A DNA stretch of 63,082 nucleotides, the filler included, from Bigelowiella natans CCMP2755 (Eukaryota; Protista; Cercozoa): assembly GCA_000320545.1 (NCBI GenBank). It is 5 parts of 5 records of this genome, joined end to end, with 100 filler letters (N's around TTAATTAATTAA, not from the genome) between each part and the next. Parts side by side here need not be neighbours in the genome. Positions count along the whole stretch, not along the records: positions 51,070 to 58,535 come from ADNK01003140.1; positions 58,636 to 63,082 come from ADNK01003571.1; 3 more parts are not named here. One strand, 5' to 3'. The translations under genes and the position numbers were made by a program. The notes below the pieces were generated by a model. The model had not been told where the DNA came from. It did no database searches and saw nothing but the letters and a program-made list of their open reading frames with translations. Below are positions 51,215 to 63,082 of this stretch, one piece after another. Each line of letters starts with the position of its first letter. The stretch's first letter is position 1.

Positions 51215-51924
51215 AAGTTATTTTTCCTTTTGTCCTTCCTCTCCTCGGCCCCCCTCCCTCCCTTTTCAGTTTGGTCTAGCATCATTACTGCTTCCGCAGG
51301 GAAGAGCGATTGATTGGCGAATTTATATCCTACGCAGCATCAACAACAAACACACACAAACAACAACCTTAAAACAATATAATATATATATATATATATA
51401 TATTTTTTTTTTTTTATATATATTGATTGGATAAACGTATGCATTGAATACAGCAAAACAGACGAATGATCGCCTCACAAATAACCCATCCTCTTCCGCA
51501 CACTTTATAATATTATAAACTAGCAATACTCGAAAAAATCTGTCCAAACCACCGAACAATCCTCCCCCCCCCCCCCCACCCCCCCCATATACCCTGCGAA
51601 TCGTAGCATTGCTCATATATCTCTGCTATTATTACCTGGCGGAGGCGGAGGCTGTTTCTTCCCCACCCGTTTGGGGGGGGGGCCTGGTACTTTCTTGCGC
51701 GTTCTTGCATCAGACTTTATCATTTCCAAGCAATTCCTGGTTTCACGGCAAACAAAAGAACAAAAAGGGGGGGGGGGAAAAAAACGGGGGGGGGGGGGGG
51801 GGGGGAGGAGGATATATTCGTGGTTTCATTGTGTGAGATGATATTCTGTGCACATCGTCTTGAAAATGCATGATTACGAGACTGCGAGGATGGGCTGTAT
51901 ACAACAACTATGCAGTTAATACGC

Positions 51925-52096
51925 ACCCTGAAGAGAACTTCTTCTTCTTGGGTCGCTTCCTCTTCACCATCTTCGGCTTCGAGAGATGCGTCATCTCCTG
52001 CGGGGGGGAAGGGGCAGAGCTAAGCTTCGATTCTTCATCAAGAGTGGATCATGTGTGTGTGTGTGTGTGTGTGGGAGTGAGTGTGTGAGTATGAGA

Positions 52097-52135
<39 letters not shown>

Positions 52136-53590
52136 AGAGCGCGTTCCTTCTACTCGTAAGAATTCTGTCCGCTACTCATTTTTTGGTATTGGCGCAGCCA
52201 TATTGCAAACGTTACAAAAAACAGAAAATATTTCTTTAATAGTGTCTCTACCCCGCTCGATCTTCGCCGCGACAGCTCTGGAGCTTCTTCGCCGTCAGGA
52301 GCGTCATCACTAGTCGAGTCACTTGGCTTCGCGATTTTTGGAATCTTGCCTTTTGGCGTCCCTCCTATCATGAAAGCGGACGGTAAAAAATGAAAACGCG
52401 AATTCGTTTTTAGGCGCGTTGGAAGAGGGGGGGGGGGACAGGCGCGCCTCGATTGGGTTGCAATATACCCCTTATCCGCATCAAAAAAACAATACGAGTG
52501 AAAATAACCAATGCATCATTGTTTTCTCATGTTATAAAATCTAGCCTTGGCCTCCGATGTAGAACAGGACAAGGATTGTAATCATCATCATCTATATCTC
52601 TATATCTCACCTGCCAGAAGAGCTCCAAGTCCCATCGGCCCTTTCATCTTCAGCGACCCACCAATTTTCATCTTGAACTTTTTCCCGACTTTGCCTCGCT
52701 TCGGAAGCGTCTTGCTTTTTTCTAAGGGAGCAAGGCGGGGGGGGGGGGGGGTGGTACGGAAGTTAGATTATCATTGTTTCTGAATCTTACCATGTGTCGG
52801 CTCTTCACGCCACATAAAACGAGCATTTCGGAATGATTCCAGGCCTCTTCTTGCTTGGCTAGTGAATGGTCTTGGTGAGGGTTGCACGAAAGGACTACCT
52901 TTGCCATCTTCGCTGTCTCTCTTGTTTAGGTTCGCCAGAAACTTGTTAAGAGCCTTCTTCTTACCCCCCTTTAAGTTATGATGATATCTATTCAGCTATG
53001 TCGTTAATCGGGGTTATTTCTCTTTGACCTGCGACATATTCTCTTCCGTCCGGGGAAATCCTTCCCTTGGTAGTATCAAAAAATCCGTCCCCGCTCAAGT
53101 TCTCTATCAAACTCTCTCCGGAGGGATATGCCCTTTAGAGCTCACGGTCTCTGTGGAAACGAAGAACAACGTTATCTCCGTCAAGTTGCTTTGCGAAACC
53201 AAGAATGCAAACAGAAATATACACAATCCCGTGCCATTGGCATCGGGTGAGCTCGACCATCACACGCAGAAATATTGGGGGAACTCGCGAGGGAGAGCGT
53301 GGGCGGGGGAAAGAAACACGGATGAAGGACCTTGATTGCCCAGATTCGATGTGCGTCTTCTTCGAGGAGATACTCAGGTCAGATAACAGGCTCCAATTTT
53401 TCCAATGCGTCATCAAATTTTTATTGTCGCATATAAATTTCATCACCGTTTGACCAGAATATCGAAGACTTTTTTGCACTACTCCGTCGATGATTACAAG
53501 CGGAAGGGCCTGGGTTTTTCCTGAAACACCTGGCTCAGAGGCGATTCTGAGAAGAAAAGCTCCTGCTCCTGGCCGAGGAGTGTTCAAGAA
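51925..53590 (-). CDS. Hypothetical Lys/Arg-rich multi-exon protein
   Basis: In-phase exons ...EKSKTLPKRGKVGKKFKMKIGGSLKMKGPMGLGALLAG|GTPKGKIPKIAKPSDSTSDDAPDGEEAPELSRRRSSG|EMTHLSKPKMVKRKRPKKKKFSS. Both ends are unresolved. Confidence 0.45.
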
Positions 53591-54551
53591 AGTATCTCGT
53601 AAGAATAGGAAGGAGAACGACTTCCAAAATGAGTTTTTTTTCGGAATAATGTGCTTTATTAGATAAATGTGTGCTATATTTTATCCCCAAAAATAATAAA
53701 AATAAGTAAAAATATTTATAAAAAGTCTTAATTTGCTTGCTGATTTAGATATCCCTTGGTCCAGCCTGTGTTCCTTAATTAACCTATAACTTAGAATACC
53801 GACATGAGTTATCTGTTGTCGTAAGATATAACAACGCGATAAACGAACATCGAGCCGAATTTTGAAACATGGAGTCTACAACCGCTACCGGTCGGGCTTT
53901 TTATATCTATATATAGCAAAAAGTAATTCATTTCCGCTGAAATTACATGCGTTTTTAGTAACTTTACTCTTAAAATCCTCTTTCAGATGTTCCTCGGACA
54001 AAAACTAGTCGGATTCAGCCGAATGGGGAAGACGAAACTGAAAGGATAAATAAATCAATCGCAAAAAGAACGATTTATCGGCAAAACTTCCACTAAAAAA
54101 GTTCTGCGAATTCATTTCGATGATAACAGCAATTATCAATATAGCGATTTGACAAATTAGTATTTAAAACTACAAATAACGTGTGTTTTTATTACTTTTT
54201 TAATATTTGGGGATGTCGTTTATTTAAATCCAATTATTAACAAAATGTTTATAAATTTAAATAAATTTTAGTTATTCTGAATATCCGGAGCGAAGTCGAA
54301 CGATCGAGTGCAGAGAGTGGCAGCGAAAGAATCATGGGGGGGACAGCAGGTCCAAGCTTCCAGCATTGAATAAGTTTTAATGAGCGTTTTCGAAGCCTAC
54401 TCTTTCTGCACCCCATCAACGAATAATACACGTGATATTGCCCCAATGAAGGACGATGAATCGTCGGCTCTTTCTCACTTTCTCACAACTATTTTCATTT
54501 TATTCAGGAACAAGGTAGAGCTGCATCGAAGGCCCACAACTTCGTGTATAA

Positions 54552-55635
54552 ATGCCCAACAGCATTCCGCCCCCCCTGCCTAAATCACGCCCGCCGTCTT
54601 TCCCTTCGGCTCCGCCCCCCCCACTACCGGCGAAGGAAAGGAACAAGGAGGAATGGCAGCATTCAACCCCGCAAGAGACGCCGGACACTTCGTCCTCTAA
54701 ACCCACGAAGTCTATCAACCGGATTGAAAGCAAAATCGTCAATTCTAGTACCGGTCATCCGAACGCGCCGCGGACCTCCTCGTGTCCGTCGCCTACCCCC
54801 CCCCCCCCTCCCCCCAAAGCTACCAGGTAGGCCGCCAGGGAAACGCGCGCAAGACAGCGTCAGATCACACCATGCTAAAAGTCTCAACGACATCAAAAAA
54901 CCTCCACAGCTCCCATCCTCCAGGCCACCCAAAAAGCCCTCGAGAAAGCACCGAGACTCCCCTGCTACCACCACTCCTACTCCTCCTTCCTCCTCTCCGA
55001 GCACCTCGTCGTCGTCATCACCACCACCCCTACCGTCGATCTCCAAAACACGCTCATTAGACACATCGATAGACCCGTGTACCGAGGACGAAGCCCCTCC
55101 TCCCCTCCCCCCCAAATCTCCGCGTGTGCCTACACCTCCAAAGGCAGCAAAATGTGAAAAGACTGATACCATCGCCCTCCCTCACAAACCTGCTGCAGAT
55201 ACGCTGTCAATAGAGCCAAGAGCGACATCAGCCCTTCCGCGATCTATGCCCCCCCCTCTCCCGCCGCCTCTTTCCCCCGAGCCTTCCCACTCGAAAGGCA
55301 ACGAAACCGCCATAGCCTAGACAGTCTACATAACACTACCACGCTTGCCCTATTCTGTCGGGCTGATGATACGCGTGCTTCTTCTGCGTGATTATTCATT
55401 CTGTTAGATGCCACCAAGCCAGCGGTACAGCAATTAGCCCCTGCCCCCGCGCATCCTAAGGAAGTCGCGACCTCTTCTTCGGGGAGGAAAGCAGTGCAGC
55501 TCAGCTCGACGAATCCCTTCGCTGCCAGCGGTGATGAACCCCCGCAGGAAGGATAATTATCCGACTAAAATGTGATTTGGCCTTTGTCTTGGGACATCGT
55601 CTGTATTGCTGATTGCAAGCACATAGAAATATGTA

Positions 55636-55678
<43 letters not shown>

Positions 55679-55772
55679 ATATTGTTATATGCATATTATT
55701 GTTACGTAAGAATATTTAAACGATAATATTATTGTAAATCCCTCAAACACAAACACGAACACATAATATATA

Positions 55773-55811
<39 letters not shown>

Positions 55812-56565
55812 TACATCAATACATACAATATTGTATATCCGAACAGTAGTCGCACAAAAGTCGATCGCCCAACCTCCCCCGAGATCCCCCCCACCCAAAA
55901 ACACACTAAAGCCTGAGGCAGAGGGGGGCGATGAAACAGCTGCGACGTCGGCAAATAAGGACGCTCCGTCGTTCGCAAAAGGGCCAATCACAGTGTTACT
56001 CAAACCCCTGACAGCTAACGAAAGTCATGGTATTTCCCATTATCTCTACCCACTTCTCCCCCTCCCCCAAGATTCCTTGCTGTAACAATGTAACGCGCGC
56101 CACGATCGTGTGCGACTCGCTGCTAATCATAATCGACGTGCCCACGAAACACAGACGAATCCAACATCGAGGGCAAGCAGGGCGACGATGTCCAGGATGA
56201 GAGTGAAGGCGCGAAGCGTGCCGGCGCGCAATCGCTCGATATCAAAGCTTCCCTCGTGTCGGTGGGTTATTATAAAAATTTCCACCTTTCAAAAATCGCG
56301 TCAGCGTTCATGTTAATTTAGAGTTTGGGAAAGCTATAACCGCTTGAAACGCCCGTCCCTCTTCGTATAGCGTGTTCTGGCAGTGTGCACCCGGGGAGAG
56401 CGTGATGAATATTTAAACAGCCTTTGCTTTGCTTTAGTCTAGTGGTTTCGCTATTTCAAATAAGAAGTGATCTCTCTCCAGGAGCATGAAGAAGTTGATC
56501 CTTCGGCTGTTGTGGAGGGAGAGCTCAAGGTACTTATGGGCGATACGTATGAAGTTATAATACAG

Positions 56566-56610
<45 letters not shown>

Positions 56611-57018
56611 GTATCTCCAGATGTGTGTGTGTGTGTGTGAGTGTGTGTGTGTGTGTGTGCTTGGTATATACACTATCACTACTGAGGCCATGTGGTTATG
56701 AAGAGAGAAGTCGTCGCTCTCTTGAAACTATACATAACTGGTCAAGCTGTTTTAATTCCGGGATCAAACGCCTTGCGTGGTGCCCGGAACCCCCCCCTCC
56801 CCCCCCCCTTCTCGTTTGCGAGCTTCTTTATGCTGACTACATTTTCTGCGCCGCTAGGCCTCGAGAGCGACGATCATCAGTATAGATGGAGAGGGTCTCG
56901 AGGGGGGGGGCGGGCCGGTTTCTCCTACTGTTTCCCTTGCCGATGCGGAGTCGTGGGAGGAAGATTTTGAGCTATTGCGATTTGAGGTGGATACAATTAT
57001 TTATATAAGTATATATAC

Positions 57019-57061
<43 letters not shown>

Positions 57062-57277
57062 TTATATAGTATAACAAACAATATCATATAAAGACGCTTC
57101 TATAAATAATCATAGTGTAATATACTTTATATAACACGTTTCTACGAAGATACATCGAATAATAAACAATAGCATATTTAACACGCCCCTATAAATATAC
57201 TTGGTATATTAAAATATATATAACACGATCCAATAAATATACATAGTATAATAAACAATATCATAAATAAATCTGAA

Positions 57278-57316
<39 letters not shown>

Positions 57317-57858
57317 CACGCTTCTCGCATCCGCATCACACTGCAGGTGGTGGCGCATATGCAGCTCGAGAAGGCTTATTTCGCTGACCAGGACCGGCAG
57401 CTGAAAGCTATCAGAGAGCGGATAGATGCCGCGATCAGCAGCTTTGCGCACTTCCGTGATTTCGCGCTCCGCAGGTTGGAGATGCTGGACCGAGAAATCC
57501 GCGACTATGATATCACATATGAGTCCTCGACGACGGCATGGCCGGCGAAGTTTGGCGTTTGTGAAGTCGCATCAGGTAGCCTACGCTTGCGGGTGCAATG
57601 AGGGCTCGGGGAGGCGCGCGGCGGGATGTGAACCGCTTTTCAAGTGTATTTTTTTTTTTAAAACTGTTTTGCACTGCAATGCAATGGCGGGGCCTCCCCG
57701 AATGGGATGGTGATGGCATCTCTATATCCGTCCATTTGCCGGATGGGAAAGGCATGTTTTGCGCGGTGTTGGGTGTTGTGAAAGAGGAGGGGTTTTTTTT
57801 TCTCGGATTTGTCGGTTTTTTTCCTGGATTTGTTTTCGTTTTATCTCTCTCTCTTTCG

Positions 57859-57902
<44 letters not shown>

Positions 57903-58363
57903 CTCTTTCCCTCTCTCTCTCTTTCCCTCTCGCCTCCCCCTCGCTTCCCTGCGCCCTCTGCTGCGCGCCCTCTCTCCACTCAAACCGCCCAATGCTGTCA
58001 TTTCCAGTACAAGTCGCGTGTATGTCCTACCTCGCAGCGAATCAGCGCTTGGCAAACCAAGGGTAAAGCTGCTTAACCTTTAGTTGTATAGTCGTTGTCC
58101 TTGCATCTTATCTTCGGCTAAGTTTCTCTCCCTCCAACGCACTCTGCTGATTACCACCGGCGTCTTTGCCTTCTAATATATTGATGAACCTCCCCCCCCC
58201 CCTCCCCCCTTTCCCCCCCCCCTCCCTCCTTCTCTCTCTTCCCCGCCAATGCACTATGCTTCATTTCGCCGCGACGGCTAGGAACGGCATGAGGAAGGTT
58301 TTGGAGAAGGATATTCTACCCGTGGTGAAAAGGGAGATTGAGCGTTTGCAATACGCGAAGAAG
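54552..58363 (+). CDS. Proline-rich adaptor-like protein (PxxP tracts, NPF motif, helical possibly F-BAR-like domain), truncated by spacer; apparent frameshift in poly-C at ~54797-54815
   Basis: ORFs 54552 and 54544 join across a C homopolymer (PPPLPKSRPP...PPLPPKLPGRPP). Later exons give SSTNPFAAS, VVAHMQLEKAYFADQDRQLKAIRERIDAAISSFAHFRDFALRRLEMLDREIRDY and NGMRKVLEKDILPVVKREIERLQYAKK. Confidence 0.55.
57065..57325. repeat. Degenerate AT-rich intronic minisatellite, period ~42-47 bp
   Basis: Recurring TAACACGcttctATAAATATACATAGTATAATAAACAATATCATA-like unit at ~57090, 57132, 57179, 57221, and partial at 57314. Confidence 0.7.
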
Positions 58364-58402
58364 GTGAATGCTAATTCGAGTGTACATAGGCATGGGCGGT
58401 CG

Positions 58403-58446
<44 letters not shown>

Positions 58447-58535
58447 TATATATCGATGATGCACGCGCTCTGTGCGCATTTGAAGAGGCTGCTGCTTCGT
58501 GAAATCAACAGGATGGCCATGCTATGATACTATGT

Positions 58536-58635
58536 NNNNNNNNNNNNNNNNNNNNNNNNNNNNNNNNNNNNNNNNNNNNTTAATTAATTAANNNNNNNNN
58601 NNNNNNNNNNNNNNNNNNNNNNNNNNNNNNNNNNN
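58536..58635. other. Artificial contig spacer (N44-TTAATTAATTAA-N44)
   Basis: Same 100-bp spacer. Confidence 0.98.
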
Positions 58636-58702
58636 TCTCTCTCTCTCTCTCTTTCTCTCTTTCCTTCTCTCTCTCTTTGGCAAACAACAACCACAACCAT
58701 AC

Positions 58703-58881
58703 CCATTGTCTTGATTAGCAGCGACGTTACCGCAGACACAATAGCCGAGAGGCCCTGAGAGAAAAGAGGACAAGCGGTGGAGGAGGAGGAGAGGGGGGGG
58801 GGGGGGAGGGGATTTGAACTTTCACCCGCTCGCAAATTCACGTACTACTGCGTCATTATGCGGGATGATGGCGCGCAAAAC

Positions 58882-58924
<43 letters not shown>

Positions 58925-58940
58925 TTGTACGATGTGTCTG

Positions 58941-58973
<33 letters not shown>

Positions 58974-60345
58974 TTTCTTTCTTTCTTTCTCCTCACCATA
59001 AGTAGTAGCCCGTAAGCCTTGGACTTATCCCGAAAGTTCATGCTGCACATATCATCCTGCCGCCGCTTATACTCGCCACACGCTCTGCTACCATCTCTGT
59101 CAGCATCGTTACTTCTTCGTCCCAAGACTGGTGTGTGATGCTGGAGGGAGAACAGTCTGACGGGATAGCTGTCGCTGCTGTAGAAAGACCGGTCGTCGCC
59201 GATCCTCTCCCCCCTCCGGGCTCGGAAGAGCTCGCCCTCGCAAAACGAGGATGAGCGTGCTGCGGTTTTGATGTTCATCCCATTGCAATGGCGTCGCGTT
59301 GGTGTGGCGTCGTGTGCAGTTGTGGAAATAACGATGCAAAGAGACATTCGGAGGAAAGGGGAGGGGGAAAGGGCAAATAAGGGTGTAGCTGATAGAGAGG
59401 GCTGGTTGGGAGGAGGGGGAGGGGAGACTAGGTAGGACGTTTAAGTATTAGGATACTCCCGCGCCGCCCTCTCCTTCCCCTCTTGTGATCCCCAAAATGA
59501 GTCATCATATACCGCAGTAGGACCCATCACGATAATATCCTAGGCGCTGATAATCGCTTGGTTCGCCGATTCCCTGGGTATGGAGCGCGCGCGCGCGCAC
59601 ACACACACACAAACACAACACATATCAAACACAAAGCACGACAGGAATACGACGGATGATCCAACGAGCACCATTGCTCCTATCGAGTGATATTACAGTC
59701 ATAACCACGCATGCTTGCGCTGTACAGACAGGCGAATTACGTTCCGCTGGGTGACATGGTCGTTCATTCTTCGCTTCTCGTTGTGTGGAGGTGGTAGTAG
59801 CGGAGAGAGCGATGAAGAAAGCGAACGGGAGAATTGCCAGCTTTAGGCGGAGAACCGGGGAGGGGTAGACCTCATGCCTAAGCTGTGTTTTCCTCCTTGC
59901 TGATCTCTCACTAAGGCTGTCTCCCCACCCTCACTCGTTGCTGTCTTCTCGCCTCTCCCCCTCCTTTCGGCTGTGTGGAGCGATTCTAGAAAGCTGCAGG
60001 CATAATTATCATGTCGCATTTACTGAACGCCTTGCATTCTAAATATTATTTCAGACAAATATATCTCGATGTTTCCCGCACGACGAGCTGGTGGGCGCGG
60101 AAAGCGCGAACCCTTGGGGACTGTTTCTTTCGATCTGTGTTTTGGGTGTGCGACCTGAGAAAATAAACATTAAATGCTGATTTTGCCTTGTATTTATCTA
60201 AAAATGAGTCTGATTCTACCTCCGCTTCGATCTTAAAAAACCTTGCTCCAGAATTTGGAGGCGTTTCGTTTTCGGTTAGAGGAACTTTCGCGGTAAGGGT
60301 CGGAGGGGGGAGGCGGCGGGCGCGGCCTGGGCAAATAGGCATTGA
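58703..60345 (-). CDS. Hypothetical multi-exon gene, 5' part, truncated by spacer
   Basis: AG/GT-bounded exons such as GIGEPSDYQRLGYYRDGSYCG and GPLGYCVCGNVAANQDNG; divergent from IFT70; no family recognised. Confidence 0.35.
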
Positions 60346-60405
60346 ATGGATGAAATCATGAAAACAACCCCATGCCATCCAACATCGAGAAAACTTGAAA
60401 AAATA

Positions 60406-62034
60406 ATGGCAGCACTAGAACGGCGTGTGTTTACATTCCTCCCCGCTTCTTCTGACCGTTGCAACGTCTTTTCCCTCCCTCCCCTCTCCAGAGGGATCTG
60501 CTCGAGATGACGACCGTTCCGCAGTCTGTCAATGCTCATGGCGGAATGTCCGTCCGGGTTCAAGGCGGAAACAAAACGCAGATGGTGTATTCGCTGATCA
60601 GGGATGGCAAATACAAGGTCTAATCGTTAGGTTCTGGTAGCGTTGTTTGGCTGTCGATGAGGCTTCCATGAGCTGTTTGCCCTGACAGTCCCAAATGCCA
60701 CCTCTGTGCTTTACCTTCAACTGCATCCCTGTTTTTCTTATAAAACTAACTCTCGCACTCGGTGAATGCAAACAAGCTGTGTGGCGTTAATTTCCGTTAA
60801 AATCGCGTCTGACTACCACCACCACCAATCAGGAATCTGTGGAGATCTTAGACCAAGAGCTTCAGAATCACCCTAATAGCCGAGCAGGTCTGGTCTAGCT
60901 TGTTGAAATGAAGAAGCAGAAGAATGTTATTGGAAAGGAGAGAATTGGGAGAGGAGGCTGGAGAGCTGGCAAAGCAAGGATTCAAGCTTGCTGCTTTTTC
61001 CTTAAGGAACTTGCCTGAGAATGTCTCATTTTGTACACGTCTGCCGTGATCCTCCTTCTTTTCAGCATTGTCCCTGCTTGGATATTGCTACTACTACATG
61101 CAGGACTTCGCAAGTGCCGCGGAGGTTGGTTGTATTTGCCTTTTACGAAACTGAAGATAGTAGTACTTGTGACGGCGGGGTGTGGGAAAAGAGAGGGGGG
61201 GCTAGATTCTCATATGCTACTGTGCATTCTACTCTGCACTACATCACTGCAACGAATAGTTCTATCGAACTGAATTGTTTTGATGATTCCATGCCCCCCC
61301 CCCCCTCTCTTACTCGCCAATCCTCGCACGCAGACGTACGATACGCTGTGCACGTTGTGTCCAATGGTGGAGGAGTATAGAGTCTACTGGGCACAAGCAA
61401 TGTTCAAAAGCGGCCAGTATGATGAGGTAGGTGTTGGGAGGGAGAAGGGGGGGGGGGGGGGGGGGGGGGAGGTTGCAGCACAGCCCATTTTTCTTTGTCC
61501 ACTCCTTTCTTCTTATACATCTCTCTTGTTGTGTCGTTGGTGCCGGTTTAAAGGCGATCAAGGCTTCGCATCAGATCACAGACCCGCAGTACTCTTTGCG
61601 TATGGTACATCTACGAGCTGCAGCAGAGTACCAGCGCGACGACCTGGTGGCGACGAAGAAGTGCGTGGACCAGTGTATACAGGTGCGTGGATTAGCGCGT
61701 GGCGGCGGGGAAACAATAATCAAAGGGGCGGGGGGGGGGGGGTGGATTCTTCTTCATCTTCTTCTTCATCTTCTTCTCCTTCCTTATTCACCTTTTGATG
61801 CTTCCTCCCTCTTTTAGAGCGAGCCCGAGACAGTAGTAGCGCACGGCTGCATCGCCTACAAAGAGGCCAAGTACGAATACGCCATCGAGAAATTCACGGA
61901 GGCGTCCAACTCGCTAGGATACCAGGTCCTCCTCCTCCTCCTCCTCCTCCTCCTCCTCCTCCGGCGGCGGCACACTTGCAACAACGCCCTCCCTTCCCTT
62001 CTACTATTCATGTCTCATATTCTCCCTCTCTCTC

Positions 62035-62074
<40 letters not shown>

Positions 62075-62867
62075 TTGGGATGCGCACAAACACAGGCAGA
62101 CCTAGCGTACAACATCGCGCTGTGTCACTACAAGCTGAAGTCCTACGCCCCAGCGCTAAGATACATCGCGGAGATCATAGAACGAGGGGTCAAGGACCAT
62201 CCAGAGTTGAGCGTTGGCAGCAATTCGGACGGAATCGAAGTGCGAAGCGTCGGGAACAGCCAGGTTAGCACCAGTCGCCTCGCCCCCATTCTGTCTTCCT
62301 TCTTCTCCCATCCGCGATCACGATGAGAATGATCATCTGCACGTGAGAGCCGCTCGGTGCTGCTTCTTGCTTCTTGCTTCTTGCTTCTTGCTTCTTGCTT
62401 CTTGCTTCTTGCTTCTTGCTTCTTGCTTCACGCCTCACGCCACGCAACAACTCTTTCCTCAGACCTTGAAAGAAACCGCACTGATTGAGGCCTTCAATCT
62501 CAAGGCAGCCATCGAGTAAGAGAAGAGCGAAGAAGAAGAGAAATGGAGGGTGGAGGGGGGGGGCTAGGGAGAGGTCGGAGGGACAAAGCCGAAGTGCCCG
62601 CACCACTGAAATGAATATTAACGTCATCGTCGGTCACATCTATAAGAGACCTCACGCCAGACGGGGGGCCTTTCTTCATTAGTCCTGGCAGAATTTGATC
62701 GGGGACATTACTAACTGTAGGTATCAGCTTCAAAACACGGCGCAGGCGAGAGAGGCGCTGGCAGATATGCCTCCTCGCTCTGAGAACGAGCTCGACCCCG
62801 TGACTCTACACAACACAGCGTTGATGAACATGGAACAAGACCCTAACGGCGGCTTCAAGAAACTCAA
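60406..62867 (+). CDS. IFT70: Intraflagellar transport protein 70 (TTC30/DYF-1/fleer), 5' part, runs off window end
   Basis: Spliced TQMVYSLIRDGKYK|ESVEILDQELQNHPNSRA|ALSLLGYCYYYMQDF...YRVYWAQAMFK...ADLAYNIALCHYKLKSYAPALRYIAEIIERGVKDHPELSVGSNSDGIEVRSVGNSQ|TLKETALIEAFNLKAAIE|YQLQN...EALADMPPRSENELDPVTLHNTALMNM, closely matching TTC30 motifs. Start at 60406 or 60507. Confidence 0.95.
62361..62428. repeat. (CTTCTTG)n heptamer microsatellite in an IFT70 intron
   Basis: About nine tandem copies visible directly. Confidence 0.9.
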
Positions 62868-62986
62868 GTCCGGGAGACATAAATAAGCATGAGAAGAAGA
62901 GGAAGAAGAAGAAGAAGATGAAGAGCGGCGGGAAAGGAGGGGGGGAGGAAGGAGGAGGAGGGGAGGAGGAAGGAATTCATGATATA

Positions 62987-63031
<45 letters not shown>

Positions 63032-63082
63032 ATATGTTGTTGTGCGCGCGCGTCGTGTGTGTGTGTAGTGTGTGTGTGTGTG

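Noticed and set aside
1-63082. tRNA, rRNA, transposase/RT/integrase or viral genes
   Set aside because: No recognisable cloverleaf, rRNA conserved blocks or mobile-element protein motifs seen by eye; tRNAscan/Infernal/HMM runs would be needed to exclude them formally.

Overview
Eukaryotic (flagellated protist) nuclear DNA, not prokaryotic. Five contigs are joined by artificial 100-bp spacers (44 N + TTAATTAATTAA + 44 N), so synteny across spacers is not guaranteed. Genes are compact and intron-rich, with introns full of microsatellites, so most short ORFs in the six-frame track are noise and several real genes are invisible to it. Splicing exons by hand, I recover: a USP32-like EF-hand/DUSP deubiquitinase (5' part), an ABC-F ATPase with a C-terminal Tudor domain, an anoctamin/TMEM16 with long extensions, a MED28-like subunit, a large secreted coiled-coil protein, a TauE/SafE transporter, an FN3-repeat protein, a ubiquitin-like + two LSD1-type zinc-finger protein, a calflagin-type flagellar Ca-binding protein, a Twinkle-type primase(-helicase), an intronless mitochondrial ARM/TPR membrane protein, a Siw14/PFA-DSP phosphatase, a Pro-rich adaptor and IFT70/TTC30. 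There is also a ~510-bp MITE-like element. The most unusual observations are: (i) the ABCF-Tudor fusion, followed by an array of small co-varying hairpins; (ii) islands rich in CTAG/GCTAGC/GCATGC/TGCA words sitting specifically between convergently transcribed genes; (iii) the UBL-LSD1 zinc-finger architecture. Exon boundaries are manual predictions, family calls come from recalled motifs rather than database searches, and the species cannot be determined from this window.
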